Shown: positions 50,766 through 60,361, counted from the stretch's first letter. The stretch: 64,000 bases of DNA from Deltaproteobacteria bacterium (GCA_033763315.1 JANRKS010000007.1:128001-192000); one strand, 5' to 3'. Made by a program: numbers and translations. Notes: generated by a model from the letters alone, not told the origin.

Positions 50766-51537
50766 GTAAGCGTTCAGGCCCCCGAAAAAGTTGTCAAAAT
50801 CGAATGCCTGACGATTTGCTAAGAAAGGGGATCGACAGCAGATCGCAAACGTGATCTACCTTGGTCGTTGGACGACAAGGCAAAGATCGCAGAGCTCACG
50901 GCGCAGCTGCTGGCCAAAGACGTAGTGATCGAGGAGCTGCGGCAGGAGATCGTTGAGCTCAAGGGTGTGGTGGCTGAGTTGAGGGCGCTGGTGGCCGATT
51001 TGACCGAGAGGCTTGGCCAGAACTCTCGCAATTCACACAAGCCGTCGTCAAGCGATGGCCCCGGCGCCACCAGGAATTCGGGCAAGCCTAAACACGGCTC
51101 CGATCGGAAGCGCGGTGGCCAAAAGGGCCACCGCGGCCGCCATCGTGAGCTGCTGCCCGCAGATCAGGTCGACGCTGTAGTGGATGTGTTCCCATCGCAT
51201 TGCGAGGGGTGCGCGGTGCGCGGAGCCGCTGCCACCGATTCCTGACATGCAAGCCGCACGCAGGTGACCGAGGTGCCACCAATAAAGCCTCACACGACTG
51301 AATATCGCCAGCATGCGGTGACATGCCCATGTTGCGCGCACTCCACGCGCGCCACGGGCGCCGGCATCATTCCAAGATCCCCGTTTGGCCCGCGTTTAAT
51401 GGCCCTGGTGGCCTTGCTTAGCGGCGTGTACCATCTGAGCCGCCGTCGCACAGTGCAGGCGCTGCACGACATCCTAGGCGTGCGCATTTCGTTGGGCGCC
51501 GTCAGCGCTGTTGAAGCACGTGTTAGTGATGCGGTTA
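50766..51537 (+). mobile_element. Truncated IS66-family element (single-ORF type) with nonsense-disrupted transposase
   Basis: Left end GTAAGCGTTCAG at 50766; coiled coil + QNSRNSHKPSSSD + RGGQKGH + CxxC zinc finger + FGPRL..LS.R; in-frame TGA at 51243-51245; DDE domain missing. Confidence 0.88.
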
Positions 51538-51690
51538 AGCATAGAGCGTGTCCCAATGCGACGTTAGGAACGCATCGACAGCAACGGCATCCTGCGCTTC
51601 GACATGATCAACGGCTTGGGCGAAACCGTGTACAGCTTGCAACTGGCTCCGCCATAATTTCGGTGGGTAGAGCTGCGGACAGGGGTTCAT
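51535..51690 (-). pseudogene. 51-aa ORF translationally coupled to the MNIO partner gene, probably truncated at the IS66 junction
   Basis: ATG at 51690 overlaps the TGA of 51687..52028; MNPCPQLYPPKLWRSQLQAVHGFAQAVDHVEAQDAVAVDAFLTSHWDTLYA*; stop falls where IS66 similarity ends. Confidence 0.5.
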
Positions 51691-52028
51691 GCCGTGACGA
51701 ACTCCCACGCGTGGAACAGCTTGGCTTCCTCCTTCGGCGAGAACGCCAAGAGCGGCGAGGCTTCGTGGTACGCGCTAAATCGAGCCGCGGCGCTGTTCGG
51801 ATCGAGCTGCCAATCCGCGCGATACTCTTTGCTGCCGCGGAGTAAACGCTCGAAGCGCAGTCGCGCCACAAGTAGTGCACTCATGCGCAACCCATCTGTG
51901 TTTATGGCGGCCAAAGCCGCGCGTAGCGGATGCTGGTCGTCCAACGCCTTGATCGCCGATGCAAGCGCGCCCTGCGGATCGCGCGCTCTCAGCACATGTA
52001 CAAGGATGTTTTCGTAGTCATCCATCAT
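51687..52028 (-). CDS. Small helical protein, candidate MNIO partner
   Basis: 113 aa, 12 bp downstream of the DUF692 gene with a GAAGGAAG-like RBS; DGLR..ALLV..LRFERL motif. Confidence 0.7.
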   Translation of the reverse strand: MMDDYENILVHVLRARDPQGALASAIKALDDQHPLRAALAAINTDGLRMSALLVARLRFERLLRGSKEYRADWQLDPNSAAARFSAYHEASPLLAFSPKEEAKLFHAWEFVTA

Positions 52029-52040
52029 AGATGGCTTCCT

Positions 52041-52928
52041 TCATGCCGCTTGCTTCACCACACACGATCGCAGGCGCCGCATTTCTTCTCGAAGCAGGCC
52101 CACGTCAGAGTCCGCGATGGTGCCCTCCATGCGTTCCAAAACGATCGCGCGCAAATGCGAGCATCGAGGCAATGCGACGTCGAGCAAACGCCACACCTCA
52201 GGCGGAATAGGGCCATCGTGGCCATCCAAACGCAGGCTGCGGCCGCCAGGCAGCCAACGTGGATCAGAATCAGTGCCGCCGGCCATATGGATTTCGATCA
52301 CTTGGTCAAGCGGCAGTGCTGCAAGGTACTCCTCTGCATCAAACCCAAGATTGCTGGCCATCGCGAACACATTCGCCAAATCCAACAACAGCCGCCGACT
52401 TGGGTTCTGCAGAACGCTGCGAATGAATGCCGGCTCATCCAACGGGTTGCCGCACACAAAATGCGATGCTGGGTTTTCGATGCCCACCACGGGCACAACT
52501 GTACTCATCTCATCAAGGCGCAAGCGAACGCATTCCGCTGCTTCCGCCGTCATAGGCAACGGCAACGGAAGCGCCGTATTCTGGCCTGCAGGCGCCGTAA
52601 TGCCCAGATGATCTGTGTACCAAAGAAACTGGAACAGGGCCTGATCACGGGCCATTGCAGCTCTCCACTGTGCGCGGCGATACACCTCCGCAGCGCTGCC
52701 ACCTCCGCCAACCGAATAGCCAACACCGTGGGCAAGAAACCTCTGCCCACTGCGCCTTCCCATGCTTAAGAACAAGGCATGATAGTCGTTCGTATGCAGT
52801 CGCCCTTCTACTTGCTGCCACAACGTTTCGGGTGCCACTTCAAAGATATCGGGCTCTTCTTCGAGGAAGGCCCCCAAGATGTCTAGCGTCGCTTCATCGG
52901 GTGGCAACACGAAGCCTACCGGGATCAT
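52041..52928 (-). CDS. DUF692 family multinuclear non-heme iron oxidative enzyme (MNIO)
   Basis: FEVAPE, HGVGYSVG, WYTDHLG, IENP, LLLDLAN, EIHMAG, DGHD, IVLER iron-ligand motifs. Confidence 0.92.
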   Translation of the reverse strand: MIPVGFVLPPDEATLDILGAFLEEEPDIFEVAPETLWQQVEGRLHTNDYHALFLSMGRRSGQRFLAHGVGYSVGGGGSAAEVYRRAQWRAAMARDQALFQFLWYTDHLGITAPAGQNTALPLPLPMTAEAAECVRLRLDEMSTVVPVVGIENPASHFVCGNPLDEPAFIRSVLQNPSRRLLLDLANVFAMASNLGFDAEEYLAALPLDQVIEIHMAGGTDSDPRWLPGGRSLRLDGHDGPIPPEVWRLLDVALPRCSHLRAIVLERMEGTIADSDVGLLREEMRRLRSCVVKQAA

Positions 52929-53737
52929 TGGTGTCCCTCCGGCTCGAGTCTTACGTTGAACGGAGCCAGCGGCCGGCCTGCGAAGAGCACGTTGTTATCT
53001 GCTGTGAAAACCAAACTTTCGGCTGAGCCCGTTTGCACAACACAACCGGCTTGATCAATAACCTCCACATTTCCGCTGGCATCAAGGCGGACGATGTTAT
53101 TGCCTTGCATGTGCAGGCCTACCCAAGCCGTAAGCTGTCGCGCCCGCTCGGAGGATGGTTCCTGCACCGGCTGAACCTCGCTGCTCACCGGCAAAGCAGG
53201 TTCTGCTTTCGAAAGCTCGACGAGAGCGAACGCAACATCCGCATTCTCAGGCAGCGCTGCCCATGCGCTCCGCATTAGCATCTGGGGCCCCTCAAGCTGA
53301 ACCGCATTGCCGAACCCCAGCGGCATCACGTGGCTGGCTGATAGTGCTTTCGCGAGTTCGGTCAACACCGCCGGCTGCGCGTCAACGAGGATGGCGTCGC
53401 TGCGAACGTCTTGGTCAATGACGAACCGCTGCAATGACAAAGCGGCCTCCTCTGCAGACGACGACGGTGCGTGCCAGGATGCTTTCCACACAACGCCACC
53501 TTGACCCCACAGGCGCTCGCGTTTTCCGTTAATCCTTGTTTCCACGGTGTCTTCGATCGGATCAAATTCCACCAGTAACCCCGACGTCACGGGCATCTGG
53601 TTTACCCATAAGGCTTCAGCTTTCCGCGTGGCCTCGTCCACGAGCACGTAGCTCGAGCCATGCATGGCAGCGTCGCCGCACCCAACGTGCAAAAGCAGCG
53701 CTGCGATCACCGGCAGGCAAACAATGTTCCTATTCAT
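52925..53737 (-). CDS. Hypothetical lipoprotein in the MNIO operon
   Basis: Hydrophobic signal ending HVGC; overlaps both neighbours (8 bp and 4 bp). Confidence 0.72.
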   Translation of the reverse strand: MNRNIVCLPVIAALLLHVGCGDAAMHGSSYVLVDEATRKAEALWVNQMPVTSGLLVEFDPIEDTVETRINGKRERLWGQGGVVWKASWHAPSSSAEEAALSLQRFVIDQDVRSDAILVDAQPAVLTELAKALSASHVMPLGFGNAVQLEGPQMLMRSAWAALPENADVAFALVELSKAEPALPVSSEVQPVQEPSSERARQLTAWVGLHMQGNNIVRLDASGNVEVIDQAGCVVQTGSAESLVFTADNNVLFAGRPLAPFNVRLEPEGHQ

Positions 53738-54767
53738 TCGTTCCCCTTTCGTCCTGGGAGTCAAATGTTAAGAAATCGAGGATGCGCCGGCTGCGGGCTG
53801 GCACGTGGCCCATGCCGCAGGCGAACCCAAACATCGAATCATCCTTTTCACCAGGCAGCCATTCGATGTCCAAGCCACACCCGTTTGCTTGAGCCCAACG
53901 GCTTCCCGCAATACGGCGGTGGCAGAGCGCCATGCGCGAGGCCTCCGCCACGAGATGCGTCAGCCTGCCGCGTTCACTGCCCTGCGCGGCATAACTTTGT
54001 GCAAGCAGCGACGCGGCTGCCGCTAGAACCACATCGGCAAGCTGTGGGTTGGTTGCAACTTCGTTGGCTGTGATCGCCTGCGCCTTGAGAAACGTGTTCG
54101 CTCCGTTGTGGGTGCCCAGCTTGTTTCTTGCCTGATCCGCGCGCACCAGAAGCGCATCTTTGGATGGAGTCAAGCCTTTGTTCAGCAACTCTGTCAGTAA
54201 GCGAATTCGCAAAGAGATGAGCTCATCTTGTTTACGCTCCCGACGTGCGAATGCCGGGGCCCAGTCCTTCTCTGAACTATCACCTTCCAGCTCCACATCG
54301 TATGGGTCTGGTAAGGTGACATCAAGGTTTGTGGTGCGGGCAGGCAAGGCTTCAGTTTCGATGAGCACCATCAACGGATCGTTCGACGATGGCGGTGTTT
54401 GTGGTGCCAATCTGTTGATCGCGAACATCGGAGCACAAACAACCTCGCACAAACCGAGCAAGGCCAACGCTTCATCCCCGCCGTGGTTCAGCAACTCGCC
54501 GAACGCGTGAGCGCGCCCCCAATCGTGTTCTTTCGCAACGAAAACCAGCAGCGGCTTTCCCACTGCGGCTGCGCGTGCAAAGGCGGCTGAAAGAAGCTGG
54601 TCCCAACGCAGTGCTTGCATAAATGCCCGCGCTGGCTTTGCCTTGCCGCCAGGGCAGGCCTCATCAGCAAACGCTGCTCGAATCCAAATCGGAATCGCCA
54701 GCGCCGCCGCCGACTTAACAAACGCGCGGCGTGCAGCATGCCTTCCAAGTCGCTCCCTAGCCTTCAT
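53730..54767 (-). CDS. Tat-exported protein with thioredoxin-like N-terminal region and C-terminal GCG...ACGMGH motif
   Basis: GGAGG RBS; ARRAFVK twin-arginine motif, AFA cleavage site; FARAAAVGKPLLVFV; RWAQANGCG...FACGMGHVP. Confidence 0.78.
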   Translation of the reverse strand: MKARERLGRHAARRAFVKSAAALAIPIWIRAAFADEACPGGKAKPARAFMQALRWDQLLSAAFARAAAVGKPLLVFVAKEHDWGRAHAFGELLNHGGDEALALLGLCEVVCAPMFAINRLAPQTPPSSNDPLMVLIETEALPARTTNLDVTLPDPYDVELEGDSSEKDWAPAFARRERKQDELISLRIRLLTELLNKGLTPSKDALLVRADQARNKLGTHNGANTFLKAQAITANEVATNPQLADVVLAAAASLLAQSYAAQGSERGRLTHLVAEASRMALCHRRIAGSRWAQANGCGLDIEWLPGEKDDSMFGFACGMGHVPARSRRILDFLTFDSQDERGTNE

Positions 54768-54794
54768 AGTGACCTCCGGTGAACGGGCCTACAA

Positions 54795-54832
54795 TAGTGA
54801 AGAGACAACCGTTCGACCCTTCGGTTTCACTA
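54795..54832 (-). promoter_or_regulatory. Putative ECF-sigma promoter (GAAACC-N16-GTCT) within a TAGTGAA/TTCACTA inverted repeat
   Basis: Minus-strand GAAACC at 54828-54823 and GTCT at 54806-54803, ~35 bp upstream of the operon start. Confidence 0.35.
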
Positions 54833-55366
54833 GAAGGTCAAAATATGAGGAGCTACGATGGGCCTTTAATCGCTGGTGGCGGCCTCGTCAGTGGCAGTGC
54901 TGTTCGCACGCGATGGATATGGAGGGGTGCTGGAGGCACGGCGCCGGCAGGGTGAAATGAAATCCGTCCCAAGACCGACGGTATCAATTGAAACGAGTGC
55001 ATCGCGCGCCCAGGTCGGCGACGTTCAGAACCCGCGCCGTTCGATCGGCGCAACTGAAGCTCGCCAAACCTTGCCACCCGGCCTTGCTTTGGCCCGAGCC
55101 CTCTGATCGCATGACGTACACCGAACTTCTATGGACATGCTGTTTCTGGTGCCTCTCTCGACCAGGAACTCGTCTTCGCCGCAGCGCAAGCAATCCTCAA
55201 GCTCATGATGTTGCTCCAGCTGCTCCCCAAGGGCTCGCCAGGGCGCGATGCCGGCACGAAGCGATCTTTGACGTCCCACGGGGATCGCGCCGATCCCATT
55301 TTGGGCTTGTAAGTGCGGCAATTGGGCCGTGCGCTTGTAGGCATGGCCAATGCAATGAAAAGCAGC

Positions 55367-56029
55367 ATGAAACGCATCGAAGCTCTTTTAATCGCCCTGT
55401 TATCATTCCCCTTGGTGGCTGCGGACGGCGGAGGCGGTTGCGGCGAGCATCAACCTGGAAATGGCGACTCAAGGACGTGGACCACCGGTGTGCTTCCGCA
55501 GGCGGAAGGCACGCCGCAACCAATGTCAGCACCGTGGCTCAGTGGACCCAATTGCTGGAAGGATTTAGTGGCTGCGGCTCAAGCTTGTCTGCGCACCCCG
55601 CAGGCCTTCGGCGCTTTTGATGAGCGTCGCCAAACATGCAGTCTTTCTGGCGGTGGTCGACTGGAATTGGCAGGGCCGATCTCGACGCCCGCCGAGGATT
55701 CTAGAATCTATGTCGCGACCGATTGGCGCCTGTGGGGACCGCACGGGCGTGTATGTGTCACGGGAAAGCTATTGGCGGCCAATCGTTCGGTGGTAGACGT
55801 CGAGGGAAAGTCCGCGTTGTTTGAAAGTTCCACACTGACGGCGTACGGTGTGACGTGCCCGGACGGACGTACGTTCCGAAATGACATCGACGGAGTGGAT
55901 CCCACTTTCGGCGCGTTGTGGCTTGCTGGAAGGGCACCAGGGGTGGTGTTCGAGTGCAAAGGCAAGACCTGTACGATGAGTCTAAAGGGCGGCGCGGCAG
56001 GGGATACGCCCATCGCCTCGTGCCAATGA
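55367..56029 (+). CDS. Secreted Cys-containing hypothetical protein, possible lipoprotein
   Basis: Signal MKRIEALLIALLSFPLVAADGGGGC; several Cys. Confidence 0.7.
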   Translation: MKRIEALLIALLSFPLVAADGGGGCGEHQPGNGDSRTWTTGVLPQAEGTPQPMSAPWLSGPNCWKDLVAAAQACLRTPQAFGAFDERRQTCSLSGGGRLELAGPISTPAEDSRIYVATDWRLWGPHGRVCVTGKLLAANRSVVDVEGKSALFESSTLTAYGVTCPDGRTFRNDIDGVDPTFGALWLAGRAPGVVFECKGKTCTMSLKGGAAGDTPIASCQ

Positions 56030-56280
56030 GGGGCGGCCCCGGCCGCTTGTTGCGGGTCTTGCATCATTTGATTGTTGCGGTGGTTGCAGGCGCGACGGAG
56101 ATGGACTGCGCATCACAACTGCCAAATGGGCCACGAGCGTCGCATTTGCCAATCTGCCAAGCATGATTCGCCATTGATGATAGCAGCGCGACGCAGGCGT
56201 ATTTTTTGTGCTCACTATCTGGTCAGAACTGACTAGGCAAACGCACGGGCTTAGCAACGGCCCCTGCTAACATTATTTGG

Positions 56281-57348
56281 GTGCCACACGCAGTTCCCCG
56301 CGCACTTGTTCACTTCCACATATACCTTGCGTTCTTGGTTGCTTGCTCGTCAGGACCCAACGAACAAAGCGAGGATCATCCAATAGACGACGCGTCCGAC
56401 GACAACGGCGGGTCGATGGCTTCAGCCGGGGGCGCGGCCGGCCCACGGAACAGCGCTGGGGTTTCGGGGCAAGAGGGTGGAGACGGTGGGCACGCTGCAA
56501 GTGGTGGCGCTGCTGGTGCCAGTGGGATCATCGGAACGGGCGGCAACCCAGGCTCAGGGGGAGCAACCGCCAACACGGGCGGCCTGGCCGGGGGCTCAAC
56601 ACAAGCCCCCTGGCTAACGTTGCCGGCGCGAAGCGTGGGTTGTGGAAAGGCTGCCAAGGGCACCGGATCCTATGTGCGCCAAGATATGCAAGTCGCGGCT
56701 AAGGCCCGGGCAAACTTTCTTTGGCTTCCCTTAAATTACGACCCCACCAAAGCGCATGAGCTTCTAATTTCACTACATGGGACGGGCGGCGTGGCGCCGG
56801 GCGATGGCAAAGGGATCGAAACTGCGGCGGGCAACGAAGCCATCATCATGACACCGCAAGGTATTGATGGGATGTGGCAGCTGGGCGCTGACGGAGAAGA
56901 CGTTGCGTTCTTTGATGCAATGTATGCTTTTGCAACCGAGAACTTCTGCGTGAATCAGCAGCGTGTGTTTGTTACAGGCTTTAGCCTGGGTGCAGCGATG
57001 TCGAATTTGTTGGGCTGTGTTCGCGGCGACAAAATTCGCGGCATTGGTCCCCTTGCGGGATGGCAACCTGCACGACAAACGGATTGCCGTGGGCGGCCCG
57101 CCGCATGGTTTGCGCATGGAACGTCGGATGGCGCCGTTCCCATCGTTCAAGGAACGCGTTCCCTCGGTTTGCAGATGGTCCGCAACGGATGTGAAGCGGC
57201 CACCGCGCCAACGCCGCCGTCGCCTTGTGTTGCTCAACAGGGCTGCGATACGGGATCACCTGTTGTGTGGTGTGAAATTCCCGGAGATCACGGCACCCCT
57301 ATTGAATGGTCGGTGCCCGCGCTGTGGAAATTTTTCGCCGCCCTATAG
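56281..57348 (+). CDS. PHB-depolymerase/feruloyl-esterase-like (LpqP/CE1) lipoprotein
   Basis: Lipobox LVAC, Gly linker, SVGCG, LHGTGG, VTGFSLG, HGTSD, GDH...WKFF. Confidence 0.86.
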   Translation: MPHAVPRALVHFHIYLAFLVACSSGPNEQSEDHPIDDASDDNGGSMASAGGAAGPRNSAGVSGQEGGDGGHAASGGAAGASGIIGTGGNPGSGGATANTGGLAGGSTQAPWLTLPARSVGCGKAAKGTGSYVRQDMQVAAKARANFLWLPLNYDPTKAHELLISLHGTGGVAPGDGKGIETAAGNEAIIMTPQGIDGMWQLGADGEDVAFFDAMYAFATENFCVNQQRVFVTGFSLGAAMSNLLGCVRGDKIRGIGPLAGWQPARQTDCRGRPAAWFAHGTSDGAVPIVQGTRSLGLQMVRNGCEAATAPTPPSPCVAQQGCDTGSPVVWCEIPGDHGTPIEWSVPALWKFFAAL

Positions 57349-57932
57349 CGATCCATGCGGAAGCGACGCTATGTTGAAGGTTTTCGTTTCAGAGCAAACC
57401 ACCTGCCCGTCCTTATGGAGCTTCACCGTGGTGCCATCGTGGCGATCAAGGCGAGCAACCAAAGTGCAAAGGTGTTGCGCTGCATGAGGAAACCGCAGTG
57501 TTGGGCGTAGGTCGCTTCGCCATAGTGAAGTGGCCGCCGATCATGGGCTGCGTCCACCGCAGCCTCGTACTCATCCACGATTTGTGCGGTTCGCGCGAGG
57601 GTGCATGTGATCAGCAACGCACGCCCGCCTTAGGCGGTGACCACCACAGTGAAGCCCTTTCGGCAGCGGGGCCAGGCACTTATTTCGTTGGCTCCCCCGA
57701 CTTTCGTGCCGAGTTGCGCCGCAGGTTCGCCGGGATCCGCAACCTTCCTATGTCGTGACAGGCAACGCTGCCGTGCCTGGCACCAGGTTGTTTCAACTTG
57801 GCAAGCCTTGGGAACATCAGGGGAAGATCCAAAAACGTCTCCGTTCTTGTCGCTGTGGTCAAAAGCGCCGAATCGCGCCGCATGTGATTAGGCAGCGTGG
57901 TTGCGGCACCGGTCGGAACGGAAGGAGACAAC

Positions 57933-60293
57933 ATGGTACTTGCGAGGTTGAAGGCTTTAGCGAAGGTTGTTTCGCTGGCGGCGTTGCTATCCCCCATAGG
58001 TTGCGGGGACCAGCCGAGGCAAACGCCCGGCCAACCCGGCGAAACAGCTGCGTTGGCGTTGGCTCTGACGTTGCCGGACGGCAGCGACATTGCAAACGTG
58101 CAATACAATATTGTGGGTGGGCTTTTGCCATCGCCCATTTCAAACACGATTCCTGTGCCACAATCGAACTCGAAGATCACCGCCCTTGTTTCGGTGCCTG
58201 CAGGGAGCAACTACCTTTTGGCTCTGTTCGCGCGGTCAAACACTGGAACGACGTGTGAAGCGGAGGCAAATTTCAACATCGTCGCGGGCCAAACCACCAA
58301 CGTGGGTGTGGTGCTGGCGTGCCACGAAGGCCCTCGAAATGGAACGCTGGTGATCAACGGGCAACTTGATCAATGTCCTGTTATCTCGTCGTTGTCGGCG
58401 CAACCCATCTCAGCCGCTGTTGGTGAAAATGTATTCTTGAATTCAACTGCCTCAGACGCTGATGGCGATGCGTTGACGTACGCGTGGACGGCCATCGGTG
58501 GCACCCTTGCCAACCCAAGCGCCGCCGACACAACATTCACCTGCACATCGGCTGGAATGGCACAAGTTGCACTTACCGTCAGCGACGGCCGTCCCGCTTG
58601 CAACAAGCGTGAATCGTTTGCGATTGATTGTGTTTCAGGGGGCGTGGCCATCACAGCGCCTTCTTTTGCAGTGCTGTCCTCAGGCGTAACAGCCGCAGAA
58701 GCTGCGTTGCTAAAGGCGGCATTCAACTTGCCAGACCTCGCGGTAGACCAAAATGGCGTAGCGCGCTTTGCTGATGAAAACACATTCCTAGCTGTTCCAA
58801 CTCAGCCGTTCGCACAGTTGCCGACCAACGATCCACCCAACGAAGAAGGGCAACCGCCCCTGTATGAAGCCTTCAATTTTGAAGAAATCAAGAAGATCCA
58901 AGTGATCGAGCCGAGAGCCGCTGAGCAACTTGCAGCCAGGGCGCTGCTTTCATCTGACCTTTTGCCAGCAGGCGCGTTTCCGGTGTCGCAGCACACTCGG
59001 TTTGAAGCTGTTAGCAAAGACGGCGTGGTCTTGACAAGCCAGCCTATCGACACATCTGTCTCCTACGGATTCTTGTTGGGGAACTACAGCTTGGAAGGCC
59101 CAGGCGCGAAGATCCGCGTGGCATACGACGGCAGCGGAAAAGTCACGCAGTTCATCTTCTCGTCACGCAAACTTGCTCCTGGCCCTGAGGTTGCTGTTCT
59201 CAACAACGCTGACGCCGCAAAACGCTGTCTGGCATGGACAACACAACCGGGTACGGGAGAAGGCCGCGTGGCCAAAGCTTCGTTGGCCTATTTTGCGCCA
59301 CCACTTTCCGAGAAGGTTCAACAAATTGAGCCCAGTTTTCGGTGCGAGATTCGCGAGCGCAATGGTGCGGTTGGCCAGGTGTACTTCGTGCCGGCAAGCG
59401 TTTCCGCACGACCGCCTGTTTTCAATTTGCCGCAAGACCCGCGGCTGGGCGGCCCTAGCATGATGCCTACGCCAGCCGCGGCACGTCCCGTGGCCACGCG
59501 CGCCTTCGATCTTGCAAAAGATCAACCAAACAGGAGCCTTCTGTTTAGCCAGGCCACAACACCGTCGCCATCGCTCTCGGTCAGCAGGATTGATGTGGGT
59601 AGCGAAGGCACGGGCGTGTGCTCGGGCTTGCCGAACACCGTGGCGAACGTCCAAGGCTTTAATGCACGAATGGGGCTCGCCGGCGTGCCCACGCAGTTCA
59701 CATGGTTTGACAACAACGCATGGGAGGACGATTGGAAAGACCCATCGAAGGGCGGCAACGATTCAACGTGGGTCGACGATGTCGACATGACGTACTGGCA
59801 AGGCCACGGATGGCCCGATGGCTTCTCGTTTAGTGGCTGCAGCTCAAATGACGACAGCAGCTTGACGTACAACGACGCTGTTTGGGGCAACAAGGATGCC
59901 GAATGGATGTCGCTGTTCACATGCTTGGTGTTGAACACCGGCACTCCCGGCAACTACTGGTACCAGCGGTGGGGCCGCGCCTTCCACGGCTTGCACCAAA
60001 TCAACAGCTTCGAAACCGTGTCGTACCATAGCTCGCAACATGGCCAGATCTACGCTGGTTATCTGACTGGTGTTCCTTGGTTCTGGTGGATCAATCCAAT
60101 GAAGGTTCGTGTTGCTTGGGCGCAGGCGTCTATTGACGACCAACCCGCCTCGGTGATTTGGGCAACCATGGGACCCATCAGCAACGGCTCGTGGATGAAC
60201 TTCAACGACCACTTCTGGGGCAAAGGTGCGGTTGGGCCTGACATTCCCGCGAATCAGATCGCCGGGTACTGGCGAATCTTCGGCGGCTCGTAG
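57933..60293 (+). CDS. Lipoprotein with PKD/Ig-like domain and C-terminal DUF6345-like domain
   Basis: GGAGA RBS, lipobox PIGC; ASDADGDALTYAW Ig-like domain; NAWEDDWKD...DDVDMTYWQGHG...WGNKDAEW. Confidence 0.82.
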   Translation: MVLARLKALAKVVSLAALLSPIGCGDQPRQTPGQPGETAALALALTLPDGSDIANVQYNIVGGLLPSPISNTIPVPQSNSKITALVSVPAGSNYLLALFARSNTGTTCEAEANFNIVAGQTTNVGVVLACHEGPRNGTLVINGQLDQCPVISSLSAQPISAAVGENVFLNSTASDADGDALTYAWTAIGGTLANPSAADTTFTCTSAGMAQVALTVSDGRPACNKRESFAIDCVSGGVAITAPSFAVLSSGVTAAEAALLKAAFNLPDLAVDQNGVARFADENTFLAVPTQPFAQLPTNDPPNEEGQPPLYEAFNFEEIKKIQVIEPRAAEQLAARALLSSDLLPAGAFPVSQHTRFEAVSKDGVVLTSQPIDTSVSYGFLLGNYSLEGPGAKIRVAYDGSGKVTQFIFSSRKLAPGPEVAVLNNADAAKRCLAWTTQPGTGEGRVAKASLAYFAPPLSEKVQQIEPSFRCEIRERNGAVGQVYFVPASVSARPPVFNLPQDPRLGGPSMMPTPAAARPVATRAFDLAKDQPNRSLLFSQATTPSPSLSVSRIDVGSEGTGVCSGLPNTVANVQGFNARMGLAGVPTQFTWFDNNAWEDDWKDPSKGGNDSTWVDDVDMTYWQGHGWPDGFSFSGCSSNDDSSLTYNDAVWGNKDAEWMSLFTCLVLNTGTPGNYWYQRWGRAFHGLHQINSFETVSYHSSQHGQIYAGYLTGVPWFWWINPMKVRVAWAQASIDDQPASVIWATMGPISNGSWMNFNDHFWGKGAVGPDIPANQIAGYWRIFGGS

Positions 60294-60300
60294 TCAATCT

Positions 60301-60332
60301 AAGGGGCTCGGCATTTTGCTGGGCCCTTTTTT
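60301..60332 (+). terminator. Rho-independent terminator
   Basis: AAGGGGCTCGGCA-ttt-TGCTGGGCCCTTTTTT hairpin plus T-tract 8 bp after the stop. Confidence 0.75.
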
Positions 60333-60361
60333 GCGCGTCGCCATCGGCAAACGCCGCGGCT

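Noticed and set aside
55025-55321. 98-aa ORF with CxxC...CxxC, considered as zinc ribbon or MNIO precursor
   Set aside because: TTG start with no clear RBS, 250 bp from the operon and beyond its putative promoter; cannot be supported without homologues.
57350-57900. Short ORFs in the spacer before the DUF6345 gene
   Set aside because: No coherent reading frame or family motif.
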